Origin: Candidatus Poribacteria bacterium
GTDB lineage: Bacteria; Poribacteria; WGA-4E; WGA-3G
Reading direction: 5' to 3'
DNA: 64,000 nucleotides
NCBI GenBank assembly: GCA_963665235.2
Contig: CAXXLX010000001.1
Span: 1,792,001 to 1,856,000 of the forward strand
Position 1 is the first letter of the stretch; each line of letters begins with the position of its first letter. The position numbers and the translations under genes are program-made. Below are positions 41,713 through 51,531 of the stretch, in pieces. Below the pieces are notes generated by a model. It saw only the letters and a list, made by a program, of their open reading frames with translations, made no database searches and had not been told where the DNA came from.

Positions 41713-42359
41713 AACGTGAGTTTGAAAAAAGTTTTTACCTAGTATGAGGAGCGGGAAACCGTTTGTCCGAATACTGGGCGATAAGTTCACGCCTTAGGGA
41801 CGATATGTTTATAGAGAGCCGTTTCCGTCCCGCCGCTTAGTCCCGTAGGGACGATATATTTATAGAGAGCCGTTTCCGTCCCGCCTTAGTCCCGTAGGGA
41901 CGATATGTTTATAGAGAGCCGTTTCCGTCCCGCCGCTTAGTCCCGTAGGGACGATATATTTATAGAGAGCCGTTTCCGTCCCGCCGCTTAGTCCCGTAGG
42001 GACGATATGTTTATAGAGAGCCGTTTCTGCCCCGCCGCTTAGTCCCGTAGGGACGATATATTTATAGAAGCCGTTTCCGTCCCGCCGCTTAGTCCCGTAG
42101 GGACGATATGTTTATAGAGAGCCGTTTCTGCCCCGCCGCTTAGTCCCGTAGGGACGATATGTTTATAGAGAGCCGTTTCCGTCCCGCCGCTTAGTCCCGT
42201 AGGGACGATATATTTATAGAAGCCGTTTCCGTCCCGCCGCTTAGTCCCGTAGGGACGATATATTTATAGAGAGCCGTTTCCGTCCCGCCGCTTAGTCCCG
42301 TAGGGACGATATGTTTATAGAGGTTAGGGAAAACGGACATTTATTATCAAACTCACGTT
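41713..42359. mobile_element. MITE family E (TIR AACGTGAGTTTGA, 5-bp TSD ATTTA)
   Basis: ATTTA|AACGTGAGTTTGA...TCAAACTCACGTT|ATTTA. Confidence 0.8.
41794..42322 (+). repeat. Tandem array of ~11 units of ~51 bp with GTCCC-GTA-GGGAC hairpin (REP-like)
   Basis: TTAGTCCCGTAGGGACGATATRTTTATAGAGAGCCGTTTCCGTCCCGCCGC; near-identical linkers. Confidence 0.9.
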
Positions 42360-42411
42360 ATTTAAAGGATTGCGTAAATCCTACATATTAACAAAGAGCA
42401 GGGCGTTTTAC

Positions 42412-43662
42412 TCACGAGGCGCGCTCATCAGTAAATCGCCTTGATTTCAGTTCATATCTCGGCAATGTTCCGAGTGGGACAGCCTTCACAACAGCGCGCA
42501 GTCCCAAAACGTCTCGGATAGCTGAAGCGACAGCAGCCGCGGTATCAGCAGGACGCAGGTTTGTAGACTCAATCTGAATTTCAAGTTCATCAAGCGTCTC
42601 CGTCCCGTATACACGTCCGGCAAACTCTTGGACCTCCGGAAACTTGAGGATAATGTTTTCAAGCGTAGCAGGATACACGTTCAGACCGCGAATAATAAGC
42701 GCGTTGTCTAGTCGTCCAATGACACCTCCATCAAGTACACGGTGCACGCTGCCACATTCACACGGCGCGGATTTAAGTTTGACATGGTCCCCCGTACGAT
42801 AACGGATGACCGGCATACCGATTCGACCTAAATTGGTGATGACTAATTCGCCTTCATTTGCCTGCGTCCCTGTGTCCGGGTTGAGCACTTCACAGATAAA
42901 CTCGTCTTCGTTGAGATGAACGCCTGCCTGTGGTCTACACATAACCCCCCATGCGCCAACTTCGGTTGCCCCTGCATGGTCGTAAGCACGCGCGCCCCAG
43001 CCGGTTTCAATCCGTTGTTTCGTTGCGGTCAAGCTTGCCCCCGGTTCACCTGCGTGAATTGTTACCTTGACTTCCGACTCACGACTGAGGTCAACGCCCA
43101 TCTGTTTTGCGACTTCAACGAGGCGCAACGCGTAAGTCGGTGTAGCAATTAGCACCGTCACACTGTTGCTGAGGATAGCACGTATCCGCTGCTCGGAGGT
43201 CAACCCGCCATTTGCAATTGTGAGCGCGCCGAGCTGTTGTGCCCCGTGGTAAGCACTCCAGAAACCGATGAACGGACCGAACGAAAACGCAATCATGAGC
43301 CGCTCGGAAGCGGTGACACCTGCAGCACTATAAATATCTCGCCAGCACTTTCCCCACCAATCCCATGATTCTCTAGTGTCCAACCATCGCAAAGGTGCAC
43401 CTGTTGTGCCTGAGGTTTGATGGAGACAGGTGTACTGTTCTAGTGGAAAGGTCCGATTTGTGCCGTAAGGCGGGTGTAATACCTGGTCGGCACTGAGTTC
43501 ATCTTTTGTGGTAAAGGGCAGCTTCCGGTAATCCGCTAGTGTTTGCACATCATTTGGGTGTGTGAGCCCGGCTTCAGTGAGTTTTTGCTTATAGAAGGCG
43601 TTTGTTTTTAATATTGGCGCGAGCATTTCGCGGAATCGGTTTAATTGTGTTTGTATCCCCAT
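42412..43662 (-). CDS. Phenylacetate-CoA ligase-like adenylate-forming enzyme
   Basis: TSGTTG, AGEPG, GATE, IRYRTGD motifs. Confidence 0.88.
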   Translation of the reverse strand: MGIQTQLNRFREMLAPILKTNAFYKQKLTEAGLTHPNDVQTLADYRKLPFTTKDELSADQVLHPPYGTNRTFPLEQYTCLHQTSGTTGAPLRWLDTRESWDWWGKCWRDIYSAAGVTASERLMIAFSFGPFIGFWSAYHGAQQLGALTIANGGLTSEQRIRAILSNSVTVLIATPTYALRLVEVAKQMGVDLSRESEVKVTIHAGEPGASLTATKQRIETGWGARAYDHAGATEVGAWGVMCRPQAGVHLNEDEFICEVLNPDTGTQANEGELVITNLGRIGMPVIRYRTGDHVKLKSAPCECGSVHRVLDGGVIGRLDNALIIRGLNVYPATLENIILKFPEVQEFAGRVYGTETLDELEIQIESTNLRPADTAAAVASAIRDVLGLRAVVKAVPLGTLPRYELKSRRFTDERAS

Positions 43663-43683
43663 GTTTTTTGCATGTAATGTTGT

Positions 43684-45024
43684 TTAGGTATATCGCGTGT
43701 TCTGGTATTCCGGGGCATAGAACGCTGGGAGTAAGCTATCCACCTGGAGCAATCCCCGCTGTGTCAATTGGATTTCATCTGCTGCAGCGTTGACCTGTAA
43801 CATACCGTCATTTTGCAGTTTTTCGTAGGCATCGGCGTAAATAGTGAGGATATCCGCCTGAAACTTCTCTTGAAAATAGGAGGGCCGAATTTTTCCTATC
43901 TTCAGCTGAAGTATCATCTCTCTCGTCAATTTCTCTGCTTCCGTGGGTTTCAACGCCCGGTAGAGAGGGAGTTTATTTGCCTCAAGGCTGCTGAGATAGT
44001 CTCCCCATAAAGGGGCGTTTTGAAAGTGAACGCCACTGAGATGTGAAAAAGAGGCAACGCCTGTGCCTATCATATCGCTTCCCTGCCACACAGCGTCACG
44101 ATAAACGAACTGATACGGCTTGTCTTTCTTGAGCATTGTGTAAGCACTCGATTGCACATAACCGGCTATCGCAAATTGCTCAAAGGCGTATTGATGCCAT
44201 TCCCGCTTCAGTTTCCAATCTGCGACAGGCAGCGTGTCGCCGCCAAGGATGTCTTTGGAGTAAACAGTATTGAAGGGCAGCTCCAATTGATAGACAGTAA
44301 TACTGTCCGGCTCAAGTGCGATTGTCCTTCTCACTGTGTCGCGCCAGCTGTCCCAGGTTTCTCCAATCATACCTGAGATGAGGTCAATGTTAACCTGCTC
44401 GAATGCCAACGTTTTTATCCAGGGGGCGATGCGGTAGACCTCTTTTGAGAGGTGCGCGCGGCCGTTTTCAGCAAGGATATCGTCATTCAGATTTTCAACG
44501 CCGAGGCTCAATCGGGTTACCCCAATTGCTTTGATCGCTTCTAATTTCTTTCGTGTAAGTGTGCCGGGTTCACATTCAAATGCGACCTCTTCGGCAGCGT
44601 CCCACGGCATGACCTGTTTCACCCTGTCAACCAAGGTTGTTAGGTGTTTAACGCTAATATAAGAGGGGGTGCCACCGCCGAAATAGACGAACCGCAACGG
44701 TCGACCCGCAATTGCTGGTTGACTGCTGTAGAGTTCAATTTCTTTTGCAAGCGCGTTCAGGTACGTGTCAATTTCCGAGCTGTTTTTATCGGTATAGACG
44801 CGAAAATAGCAGAACTTGCACCGTTTGCGACAGAAGGGGATGTGCAAGTAAAGTCCAAGCGTGGTATCACCGCGCGGTTTTTCCGAGAGGGCACGGTGCA
44901 CCTCTGGGACAGCGGATTCGTTCCATGTAGAATACGGTGGATAGTTGGACACGAAAACGCTTCCAACTGTTGTCTGTTTTGATTCTATACCTGCTGTTGC
45001 AGGTTCCGGTTTTGTTTTAGACAT
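43684..45024 (-). CDS. HemN-like (class C) radical SAM protein
   Basis: LYLHIPFCRKRCKFCYF, YFGGGTPS, RLSLGV motifs. Confidence 0.9.
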   Translation of the reverse strand: MSKTKPEPATAGIESKQTTVGSVFVSNYPPYSTWNESAVPEVHRALSEKPRGDTTLGLYLHIPFCRKRCKFCYFRVYTDKNSSEIDTYLNALAKEIELYSSQPAIAGRPLRFVYFGGGTPSYISVKHLTTLVDRVKQVMPWDAAEEVAFECEPGTLTRKKLEAIKAIGVTRLSLGVENLNDDILAENGRAHLSKEVYRIAPWIKTLAFEQVNIDLISGMIGETWDSWRDTVRRTIALEPDSITVYQLELPFNTVYSKDILGGDTLPVADWKLKREWHQYAFEQFAIAGYVQSSAYTMLKKDKPYQFVYRDAVWQGSDMIGTGVASFSHLSGVHFQNAPLWGDYLSSLEANKLPLYRALKPTEAEKLTREMILQLKIGKIRPSYFQEKFQADILTIYADAYEKLQNDGMLQVNAAADEIQLTQRGLLQVDSLLPAFYAPEYQNTRYT

Positions 45025-45130
45025 TATCTGTTATCCTTATTTTCAAAGCGTGGCAAAGGTAGAGAAAGTATGTACAAATTTTACCTTATGTTCGCCTAGA
45101 AAAACAAATTTTTTGTGTAATTGGCAATTG

Positions 45131-46375
45131 TTACTTTTTTTCTCCGAAGCAGTAGAGGATTCCATCCTCAGTCCCGATGTAAATTCTGCCATCGGCAACG
45201 CTCGGTGATGCGACAATAGGTGAACCGGTCGCAAATTCCCACACCAGCTCCCCTGTGTCGATATCTAGTGCGATAAACATCCCGCGAGTAGTGCCGAAAA
45301 AGACGCGCTTCCCCACGATAACCGGCGAGGATTCAATTCGGGATTTCGCAGTATAGGTCCATTGCGGTTCACCTTTTTCTGACGAGAGGGCATGCACTAA
45401 CTTATCGCGTCCCCCAATAATTATAACCGATTCCGTTATGGCAGCTGAGGCAAAAAATGGAAACTGCCGGACCGGGTGTTCATACCGCCATAAGATTTCA
45501 CCTGCTGTGAGGTCAACTCCTAAAACTTCGTTCCCGTACGTTCCGCAATAGACGCGAACAACAGATGTCCGTTGCGGCGCAGGCGCAATTTGTCGGGTTT
45601 CGCTGTGTTCAATCTGACCTGCTAAAATGGCAGGACTCGCGCCGACATAAGCTCCCATGTCTATCTGTTCTACTTGGGTGCCATCGGCGATATTGATGAC
45701 GCGCAAATAGCTATCGCATCCCGTGACAATCACGAAATTGGCAGCATTCGGAGAGTGCCCATTACCTTGCGTCCAAACCCCCGGGGTGCCATGGACATAT
45801 CCCTCCGTTTCAAACTTCCAGAGTAGGTCCCCGTTTTGTAGGTTGAGACAGTAGAGAAATCCATCATACGAACCGAATAGCACACGGTTATCCACAAAAT
45901 TTGCCGATGAGATAATTTCCCCGCCTGTAGTGAACTGCCATCTCTTTTCCTGCGTTCTGCTATCCACTGCATGAAAGACCCCGGCACTATCACCAAAGTA
46001 GATAACCCCCTCATGAATAGCCGGGGAGGCTTTGATTGAATCGTTCGCCTGATAGGTCCATCTCTTTTTGCCGGTTTTTGCATCAATGACGTAGAGGAGC
46101 CCATCCAACGCGCCGACATAGACAGTGCCATCAACGACTGCGGCGGTAGATTCAATTATATCCCCTATATCAAAAGTCCAGAGCACTTCAAGCTTATCCG
46201 GAAGCTGCGAGTCTGCTACCCCGGTGAGTTGTGGGTTGCCACGGAAGCTTGCCCAATCGCCAAAAGCGGGAGGCATCGCGTGAATCAACAGAAAAACGAG
46301 GAGATTCCAATATAGTAATGACTTCAGCCCTTTAAAAAATGTGCTCATATAATCTGATAAAATCCTGTATAGCAA
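45131..46375 (-). CDS. PQQ-like beta-propeller (BamB-like) secreted protein
   Basis: FRGNPQLTG and repeated W-docking blades. Confidence 0.85.
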   Translation of the reverse strand: MLYRILSDYMSTFFKGLKSLLYWNLLVFLLIHAMPPAFGDWASFRGNPQLTGVADSQLPDKLEVLWTFDIGDIIESTAAVVDGTVYVGALDGLLYVIDAKTGKKRWTYQANDSIKASPAIHEGVIYFGDSAGVFHAVDSRTQEKRWQFTTGGEIISSANFVDNRVLFGSYDGFLYCLNLQNGDLLWKFETEGYVHGTPGVWTQGNGHSPNAANFVIVTGCDSYLRVINIADGTQVEQIDMGAYVGASPAILAGQIEHSETRQIAPAPQRTSVVRVYCGTYGNEVLGVDLTAGEILWRYEHPVRQFPFFASAAITESVIIIGGRDKLVHALSSEKGEPQWTYTAKSRIESSPVIVGKRVFFGTTRGMFIALDIDTGELVWEFATGSPIVASPSVADGRIYIGTEDGILYCFGEKK

Positions 46376-47495
46376 GAGAACGCGGGTTAAACTGGGCAGT
46401 CCATTGTGCTGCAGCCTCCTTTGCTAGTTCAGCTATATCTGTCGAGCTTACAGAAGATTGGACAGAACAATTCTGTAGTGTGTTCGGTAAATCGGCCATT
46501 TGCATTAACGCTTCAACTCTATCTGCTAAATTTCCATCCGGGTAAAGCGCACAATACGATTTATCTGCGACCGTTTCGTTAAATCGAATGACGTGCGGTA
46601 ACATCAGGGCAACAGCGATGCCGTGGGGAATGCCGTATTCGGCTGTCAGCGGATTCGCGCAAGCGTGTGCTGCCCCTAGCATCGAATTTTCAATTGCGAC
46701 ACCTGCGAGATACGCGCCGAATAACATCTTGCCGCGCGTCTTACTGTTTTCTATTTGTAGCGCCATTTCAAAATTAGTGTCTAACAGCTGCCAAGCGTGC
46801 AGCGAGAACATTTGTGACATCGGAGTGCGTTTCGTTGAAACGAAGCTTTCAATAGCATGTGAAATTGCATCTATACCGGTCACTGCTGCTACCGGTCTCG
46901 GTAGCGTTTCGGTGAGCGTTGGGTCTAAGATTACTGTCCTGAATCGTGCTTTTTTGTCGCCGCATGCCATTTTGATATGTGTCCCTTCTTGTGCAATCAA
47001 GGCGTAAGATTGCGCCTCACTTCCTGTGCCAATCGTTGTCGGAATGCCGATAGTGGGGAGCATAGGGTGTGTTGCTTTGTTCGTTCCCCAGTAGTCCTCC
47101 ATTTTGCCGCCGTTGGTGAGCAGAAAATTCGCACCTTTCGCGCAATCCATCGCGCTTCCTCCGCCGAGCCCAATAATAAGGTCAATCGGGGTGTTAGCTT
47201 TGGCAAATTGAACGGCAGCCTCAACATGCTGTGTCGTCGGGTTAGACGCGATGTCGGAAAAAACGTGGGGGTTAAGCTGCTCACTCTCTAACGCTGCACA
47301 CGCGCGTGAGAGAATGCCTGCCTTTTGAATACCGGGGTCTGTTACAATTAGCGGTCGGGTGCCGCCCAGTATTTTCGTCAACTCGCCCAATCGTTCAATA
47401 CTGTTTTCACCAAAGATGACGCGTTGCGTCGATTCGAAATCAAAAGTTTCCATAACATCCCTGCGTTGTGGCACAGTCATTCTAACTTTTGCCAC
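46332..47495 (-). CDS. Iron-containing alcohol dehydrogenase
   Basis: GGGSAMDCAK, PTTIGTGSE, DAISHAIE, HACA, HGIA motifs. Confidence 0.92.
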   Translation of the reverse strand: MAKVRMTVPQRRDVMETFDFESTQRVIFGENSIERLGELTKILGGTRPLIVTDPGIQKAGILSRACAALESEQLNPHVFSDIASNPTTQHVEAAVQFAKANTPIDLIIGLGGGSAMDCAKGANFLLTNGGKMEDYWGTNKATHPMLPTIGIPTTIGTGSEAQSYALIAQEGTHIKMACGDKKARFRTVILDPTLTETLPRPVAAVTGIDAISHAIESFVSTKRTPMSQMFSLHAWQLLDTNFEMALQIENSKTRGKMLFGAYLAGVAIENSMLGAAHACANPLTAEYGIPHGIAVALMLPHVIRFNETVADKSYCALYPDGNLADRVEALMQMADLPNTLQNCSVQSSVSSTDIAELAKEAAAQWTAQFNPRSLAIQDFIRLYEHIF

Positions 47496-48811
47496 GGCAC
47501 ACCCCCCGCCTTCTGTGTTTCCGCCTGAAGCAGAGATTGCATCTCTTTAAAGATTGCTGTTTGTGTCTCGGCAGCGTTTGTCGTTTCCAGCGGGTCGCTC
47601 GATAGGTCATAGAGTGATAGCGGCTCAAATGGACTGTTGTGTAGCAACTTGATGTCGCCGCGCCGAACTGCATGTTGAGATTGCCCAAGAAACCGTTGTC
47701 CTCCCTCTCGCCGCAGCCAATAAAGGGACCGTTCGGATAAGTCCTGCTGTTCACCTTGGAGCGTCTGATAAATGGAACGTCCCTCAATTTCGTGTGTGAT
47801 AGGGATGCCAGCGATGTCACACAGGGTCGGAAAGAGGTCCATGAGCAACGCGACCTGTTCTGTGACATGCCCGGCGGGGATATGCCCTGGCCACATTGCA
47901 CAAGTCGGGACTCGGATGCCGCCTTCGTACATCTCACCCTTTTGTCCACGCAACGGACCATTGTTTGCCCCAACCTGCATCGCACCGCCGTTGTCAGAGG
48001 TGTAAATAACAAGTGTATTGGAGAGCTGCCCGGTTTCATCAAGCGTATCCAGGACGCGACCGATACCGGCATCCATGTGTTCAACGAGGGCAACATATTT
48101 TGCTCGCTGGGGAGAGATGTCCGGTTCACGTTGTTTCACCCGTTCCACCCAATCGTCAGGCGGTTGGATTGGCGTGTGAGGAGCATTATATGCAAGGTAT
48201 AGGAAAAAAGGCTGTGCCGACTGCGCTTGCGCCCGAATGAACTCCACACTCCATTCCGTGAAGAGAGATGTCGCATGTCCATTTGGCGTAATGGTGTCAA
48301 AACCGTTCCGCATGTAGTTTATATTATGCCGGCGGTGTGTGTAATAGTCGTCCATCATATCGCCGAGGAATCCGTGAAAATGGTCAAACCCGCGTTTGAT
48401 AGGATGATTCTCCGGTTCAAGCCCGAGGTGCCATTTTCCGATAAGTGCTGTGTGATACTCTTTCCGTTTCAACATTGATGGGAGCGTGATAGCGTCCTGT
48501 CGAAAATAGCCCCAGTTGTTTTGTGAATGGGTGCGAATCACCCCCGGTACGCCGACCCGGTCCGGGTAACGTCCGGTCATAAGGGCTGCACGGCTTGGCG
48601 AGCAGACAGAGGAATTTGCATAAAATTGGGTAAAGCGCGTCCCCTCCGCAGCGATTCTATCAATGTTCGGCGTTTGAATCGATGGACCGTTGTGTGCTGA
48701 AATATCACCATACCCGTGGTCGTCAGCGAGAATGAGGAGTATATTCGGTAATTTTGCCATAGTTTTCTCCATATAGGGGTAGAAACGCGACTTCAAAGGG
48801 TATGCGGTCAA
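47477..48811 (-). CDS. Sulfatase (formylglycine type)
   Basis: ADDHGYGD, CSPSRAALMTGR, GKWHLG motifs. Confidence 0.93.
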   Translation of the reverse strand: MTAYPLKSRFYPYMEKTMAKLPNILLILADDHGYGDISAHNGPSIQTPNIDRIAAEGTRFTQFYANSSVCSPSRAALMTGRYPDRVGVPGVIRTHSQNNWGYFRQDAITLPSMLKRKEYHTALIGKWHLGLEPENHPIKRGFDHFHGFLGDMMDDYYTHRRHNINYMRNGFDTITPNGHATSLFTEWSVEFIRAQAQSAQPFFLYLAYNAPHTPIQPPDDWVERVKQREPDISPQRAKYVALVEHMDAGIGRVLDTLDETGQLSNTLVIYTSDNGGAMQVGANNGPLRGQKGEMYEGGIRVPTCAMWPGHIPAGHVTEQVALLMDLFPTLCDIAGIPITHEIEGRSIYQTLQGEQQDLSERSLYWLRREGGQRFLGQSQHAVRRGDIKLLHNSPFEPLSLYDLSSDPLETTNAAETQTAIFKEMQSLLQAETQKAGGVPWQKLE

Positions 48812-49968
48812 GCCACGAACTCACACCATACCGCGGGAACACCCATCGGTATACCGACTGGCATAATCTGAAGGTCTGTTGCATTTTCGACCGGTACATC
48901 AGCGGTTATCATTGAAAGATTGGCACGTGCCGCTGCTAAGTCATCGGCCTCGAGTGCGGCACTGAATTCTGCAATTGCAGCATCCCGTTTTCCTTGTTGA
49001 TAGTAGACAACTCCAAGATTGTTTCGCGCTTCAGCTAACGCGCCCGCCTTTTGGTAGGAAGCAATTGCCGCCGCAAGTCTATCTTGTCGGAAATGGACTA
49101 TACCGAGGTTGGTGTGTACCTCAGCAAAATCCGGTGCGATGCGGTGCACACGAGTTAGTATCACCTTCGCTTCATCAAGTCTATTTTGACAGATATACGC
49201 GAAACTGAGGTTGAGCTGCACCTCTACTGAATCCGGGGCCATATTTAATGCTTCCTTATGGAGCGCAATTGCCTCGTCATGTTTCTCTTGCCAACTGTAG
49301 AGCAATCCAAGGTTGGTATGCGGCTCTTCCCCACCATGAAGTTCAATTGATGTCTGAAAAGCCGAGGTTGCCTGTTCAAAGTCGCCTTGCAACAGATAGA
49401 CAAGTCCAAGGTTGTTGTACGGTTCCGCTAGGGTTGAATCGGTTTCAATTGCTTTTTTATAACATGCCACAGCTTCCTCTAATCGGCCTTGCCACGTGTA
49501 GATTAATCCGAGGTTAAGCTGTGCTTCTCCGCCATCACCGAGTCGAATCGCTTCCTTAGAGGCGGCTATCGCAGCGTCAAGCTCACCGCTGCAGATATAG
49601 ACGAACCCTAAATTGGTATGGGCTTCAGCAGAATTCGGATTGCGTTCTAGGGCTGCGTTAAGGGAGTGTAGGGCTGCATCGAGCTGCCCCTGCCAGGCGT
49701 AAACCACAGCTAAATTGGTATGAGGTGCTGAGAGACTGGAGTCCAGACGAGATGCTTTGAGATGCAAAGCGATTGCTTCATCTAATTCACCTGCCCAACA
49801 GTGCAGAACACCCAAATTGGTGTGTGGTGCTGCTAAATTGGGAGCAAGCTGAATCGCTTCAATTAAGGCAACTTGCGCTGCACCAAGCTGTCCCTGAGAG
49901 ACATGATGGCATGCCTGACGGTTCAGTTCTTGCGCGTGCTTGATATTCTCTGTCTTATTTTTTTTCAT
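48808..49968 (-). CDS. Tetratricopeptide repeat protein
   Basis: Repeated HTNLG TPR motifs; start placed at MKKNKT, immediately beyond the IsrB element end. Confidence 0.88.
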   Translation of the reverse strand: MKKNKTENIKHAQELNRQACHHVSQGQLGAAQVALIEAIQLAPNLAAPHTNLGVLHCWAGELDEAIALHLKASRLDSSLSAPHTNLAVVYAWQGQLDAALHSLNAALERNPNSAEAHTNLGFVYICSGELDAAIAASKEAIRLGDGGEAQLNLGLIYTWQGRLEEAVACYKKAIETDSTLAEPYNNLGLVYLLQGDFEQATSAFQTSIELHGGEEPHTNLGLLYSWQEKHDEAIALHKEALNMAPDSVEVQLNLSFAYICQNRLDEAKVILTRVHRIAPDFAEVHTNLGIVHFRQDRLAAAIASYQKAGALAEARNNLGVVYYQQGKRDAAIAEFSAALEADDLAAARANLSMITADVPVENATDLQIMPVGIPMGVPAVWCEFVA

Positions 49969-49969
49969 C

Positions 49970-51230
49970 AATCTTCGGTGTGGAGACCCCGTTGCTTTAG
50001 CACGGGGAGGAAACACCGCTCCTATATTGAAAGTTCAAGCGTGTTAGGACTTGAAAATCTGTGCGTTTCGCACCCGTTGTTAATCGGTGTCCATCTTTTG
50101 AATAGACAGAGAATAGTCCTTTAGCATTAACACCCGCAAGGCGTGTTAGTCCATATTTGTCGTGCTTTATCAATGTGTTTTTAACGAGTCCATCGCCTAA
50201 TAAGGTGCCACCATATCGCGGACGATTGCCACCTTTCTGCGGATTTTGTCTGTGGAGTTGTCGCCTGCGTATCGGTATCGGTGAGATACAGAATATATCG
50301 GTATTGTCGGGTATCTCTAAACCGCCCACGGTGTGATAGGCCAAGCACCAGCTATCAACGCAATGTGCCTCAAAGGTTTCAGCTAACTTCTTTGACGACT
50401 TGTTGAGACCCAGACGCTCGCGTATCTCTTTGGTTTCAAACCCTTGTAATGTCAGGAGTTTCCATCGCTTTTCTACCTCTGAATAGAACCAGTGCTTGCC
50501 GACTTCCAAAGGACTAAAAGCCTGATTCCACTGCTTTTGATACTGTTTTGTTTGCGCCTTAATGTCCTCAACACAGACGTGTGTAACAGGATAGAGGTTA
50601 GACAACCAATCTAATATGCGAAGTTTCCAATCCCATCTCGCACGTGTGCCTGCGGGAATACGCTTCCGGTTCGACAGGTTGTGATGCTTCTTTTTCCGAT
50701 TCGGACATTTCCGTGTGCGTCTGCCTCTCCGCAGCGTCCGCCGCTTTTCGATTTTCTTTCCAACCTTGTTGTGAGCGTCTGCTTGCACATTCAGGTAGGT
50801 ATGTGCCTCGCTTTTGACGGTAAAGCCTTCCTTCTTACTGCCAGGGTCTACGCCTACACATATCTCTTGGAAGTATCTATCCGAAGGAGCAGCGTTAAGG
50901 CGCACACAAAAAACGCCATTCTTCCAAAAGGGTGTCGCTTTCTTTTCTTGTATCCACTTCCTTGCCCGCGAAGGCTTTGTTGGCATCAGTGGATTTTGGT
51001 TTTTGTCAACGACAGGAACAAACATAGTTTGTAATTCTCCGTAGAGTTTGTATTTCCCCATCCAGATCGGTATATCAGCGTTTACATCGGACTTGGGGAG
51101 CATCCGAAACACCGTTGTGCACCACCACAGATATACCGATATATGACTGTAGTGAAGAACTTAATCTTTGACAGGGAACGTGTGGTTACGCTATGTCAAA
51201 GCACCCATGCTTTAGCAGGGTGATCTTTAC
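49970..51230 (-). mobile_element. Non-autonomous IS200/IS605-superfamily element encoding IsrB and omegaRNA
   Basis: Related subterminal hairpins CACCCTGCTAAAGCATGGGTG and CCCCGTGCTAAAGCAACGGGG; no tnpA; followed by ATGA. Confidence 0.75.
49997..51025 (-). CDS. isrB: IsrB-like RNA-guided nickase (PLMP + split RuvC, no HNH)
   Basis: MFVPVV...PLMP; VDPGSK (RuvC-I); RRTLRRGRR bridge helix; VEDIK (RuvC-II); HCVDS (RuvC-III); 342 aa. Confidence 0.8.
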   Translation of the reverse strand: MFVPVVDKNQNPLMPTKPSRARKWIQEKKATPFWKNGVFCVRLNAAPSDRYFQEICVGVDPGSKKEGFTVKSEAHTYLNVQADAHNKVGKKIEKRRTLRRGRRTRKCPNRKKKHHNLSNRKRIPAGTRARWDWKLRILDWLSNLYPVTHVCVEDIKAQTKQYQKQWNQAFSPLEVGKHWFYSEVEKRWKLLTLQGFETKEIRERLGLNKSSKKLAETFEAHCVDSWCLAYHTVGGLEIPDNTDIFCISPIPIRRRQLHRQNPQKGGNRPRYGGTLLGDGLVKNTLIKHDKYGLTRLAGVNAKGLFSVYSKDGHRLTTGAKRTDFQVLTRLNFQYRSGVSSPC

Positions 51231-51250
51231 TGTAACCTGACACTAATTAT
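51040..51250 (-). ncRNA. Putative omegaRNA (5' guide from flank + scaffold)
   Basis: Structured ~190-nt leader upstream of isrB with CGGATGCTCCCCAAGTCCG hairpin and complementary GATGGGGA; boundaries approximate. Confidence 0.65.
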
Positions 51251-51340
51251 CGCAAAACGATTGATACGCTTTTTCATTTCTATCTCTTGAAGGTGAAGTT
51301 TTTCTGTTGTGAAAATATGAACTTGAACAATACATCCTTA

Positions 51341-51369
51341 ATTTTAACACAATTTCTTTTTCAAGTCAA
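51341..51369 (-). promoter_or_regulatory. sigma70-type promoter reading into the IsrB element and TPR operon
   Basis: TTGACT-17 bp-TAAAAT. Confidence 0.55.
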
Positions 51370-51531
51370 ACAAAATTCGGGAACAGAATGATTCTGATTT
51401 TTTCTTTGACACCTTTTCGGATTTATGTTACTATAGTTTACCTAAGTTGCCACATAGTAGCATAATCTTCCAGATTGTGCATATTTGTGTGCAAATTGGA
51501 AGTGAACGGGACAAATATTAGCTAATTATCA

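Noticed and set aside
41794-42322. CRISPR array
   Set aside because: Inter-repeat sequences are near-identical rather than unique spacers; no cas genes; enclosed by MITE TIRs and a TSD
49997-51025. IscB or Cas9
   Set aside because: No HNH motif or room for one between RuvC-II and RuvC-III; no CRISPR array; fits IsrB
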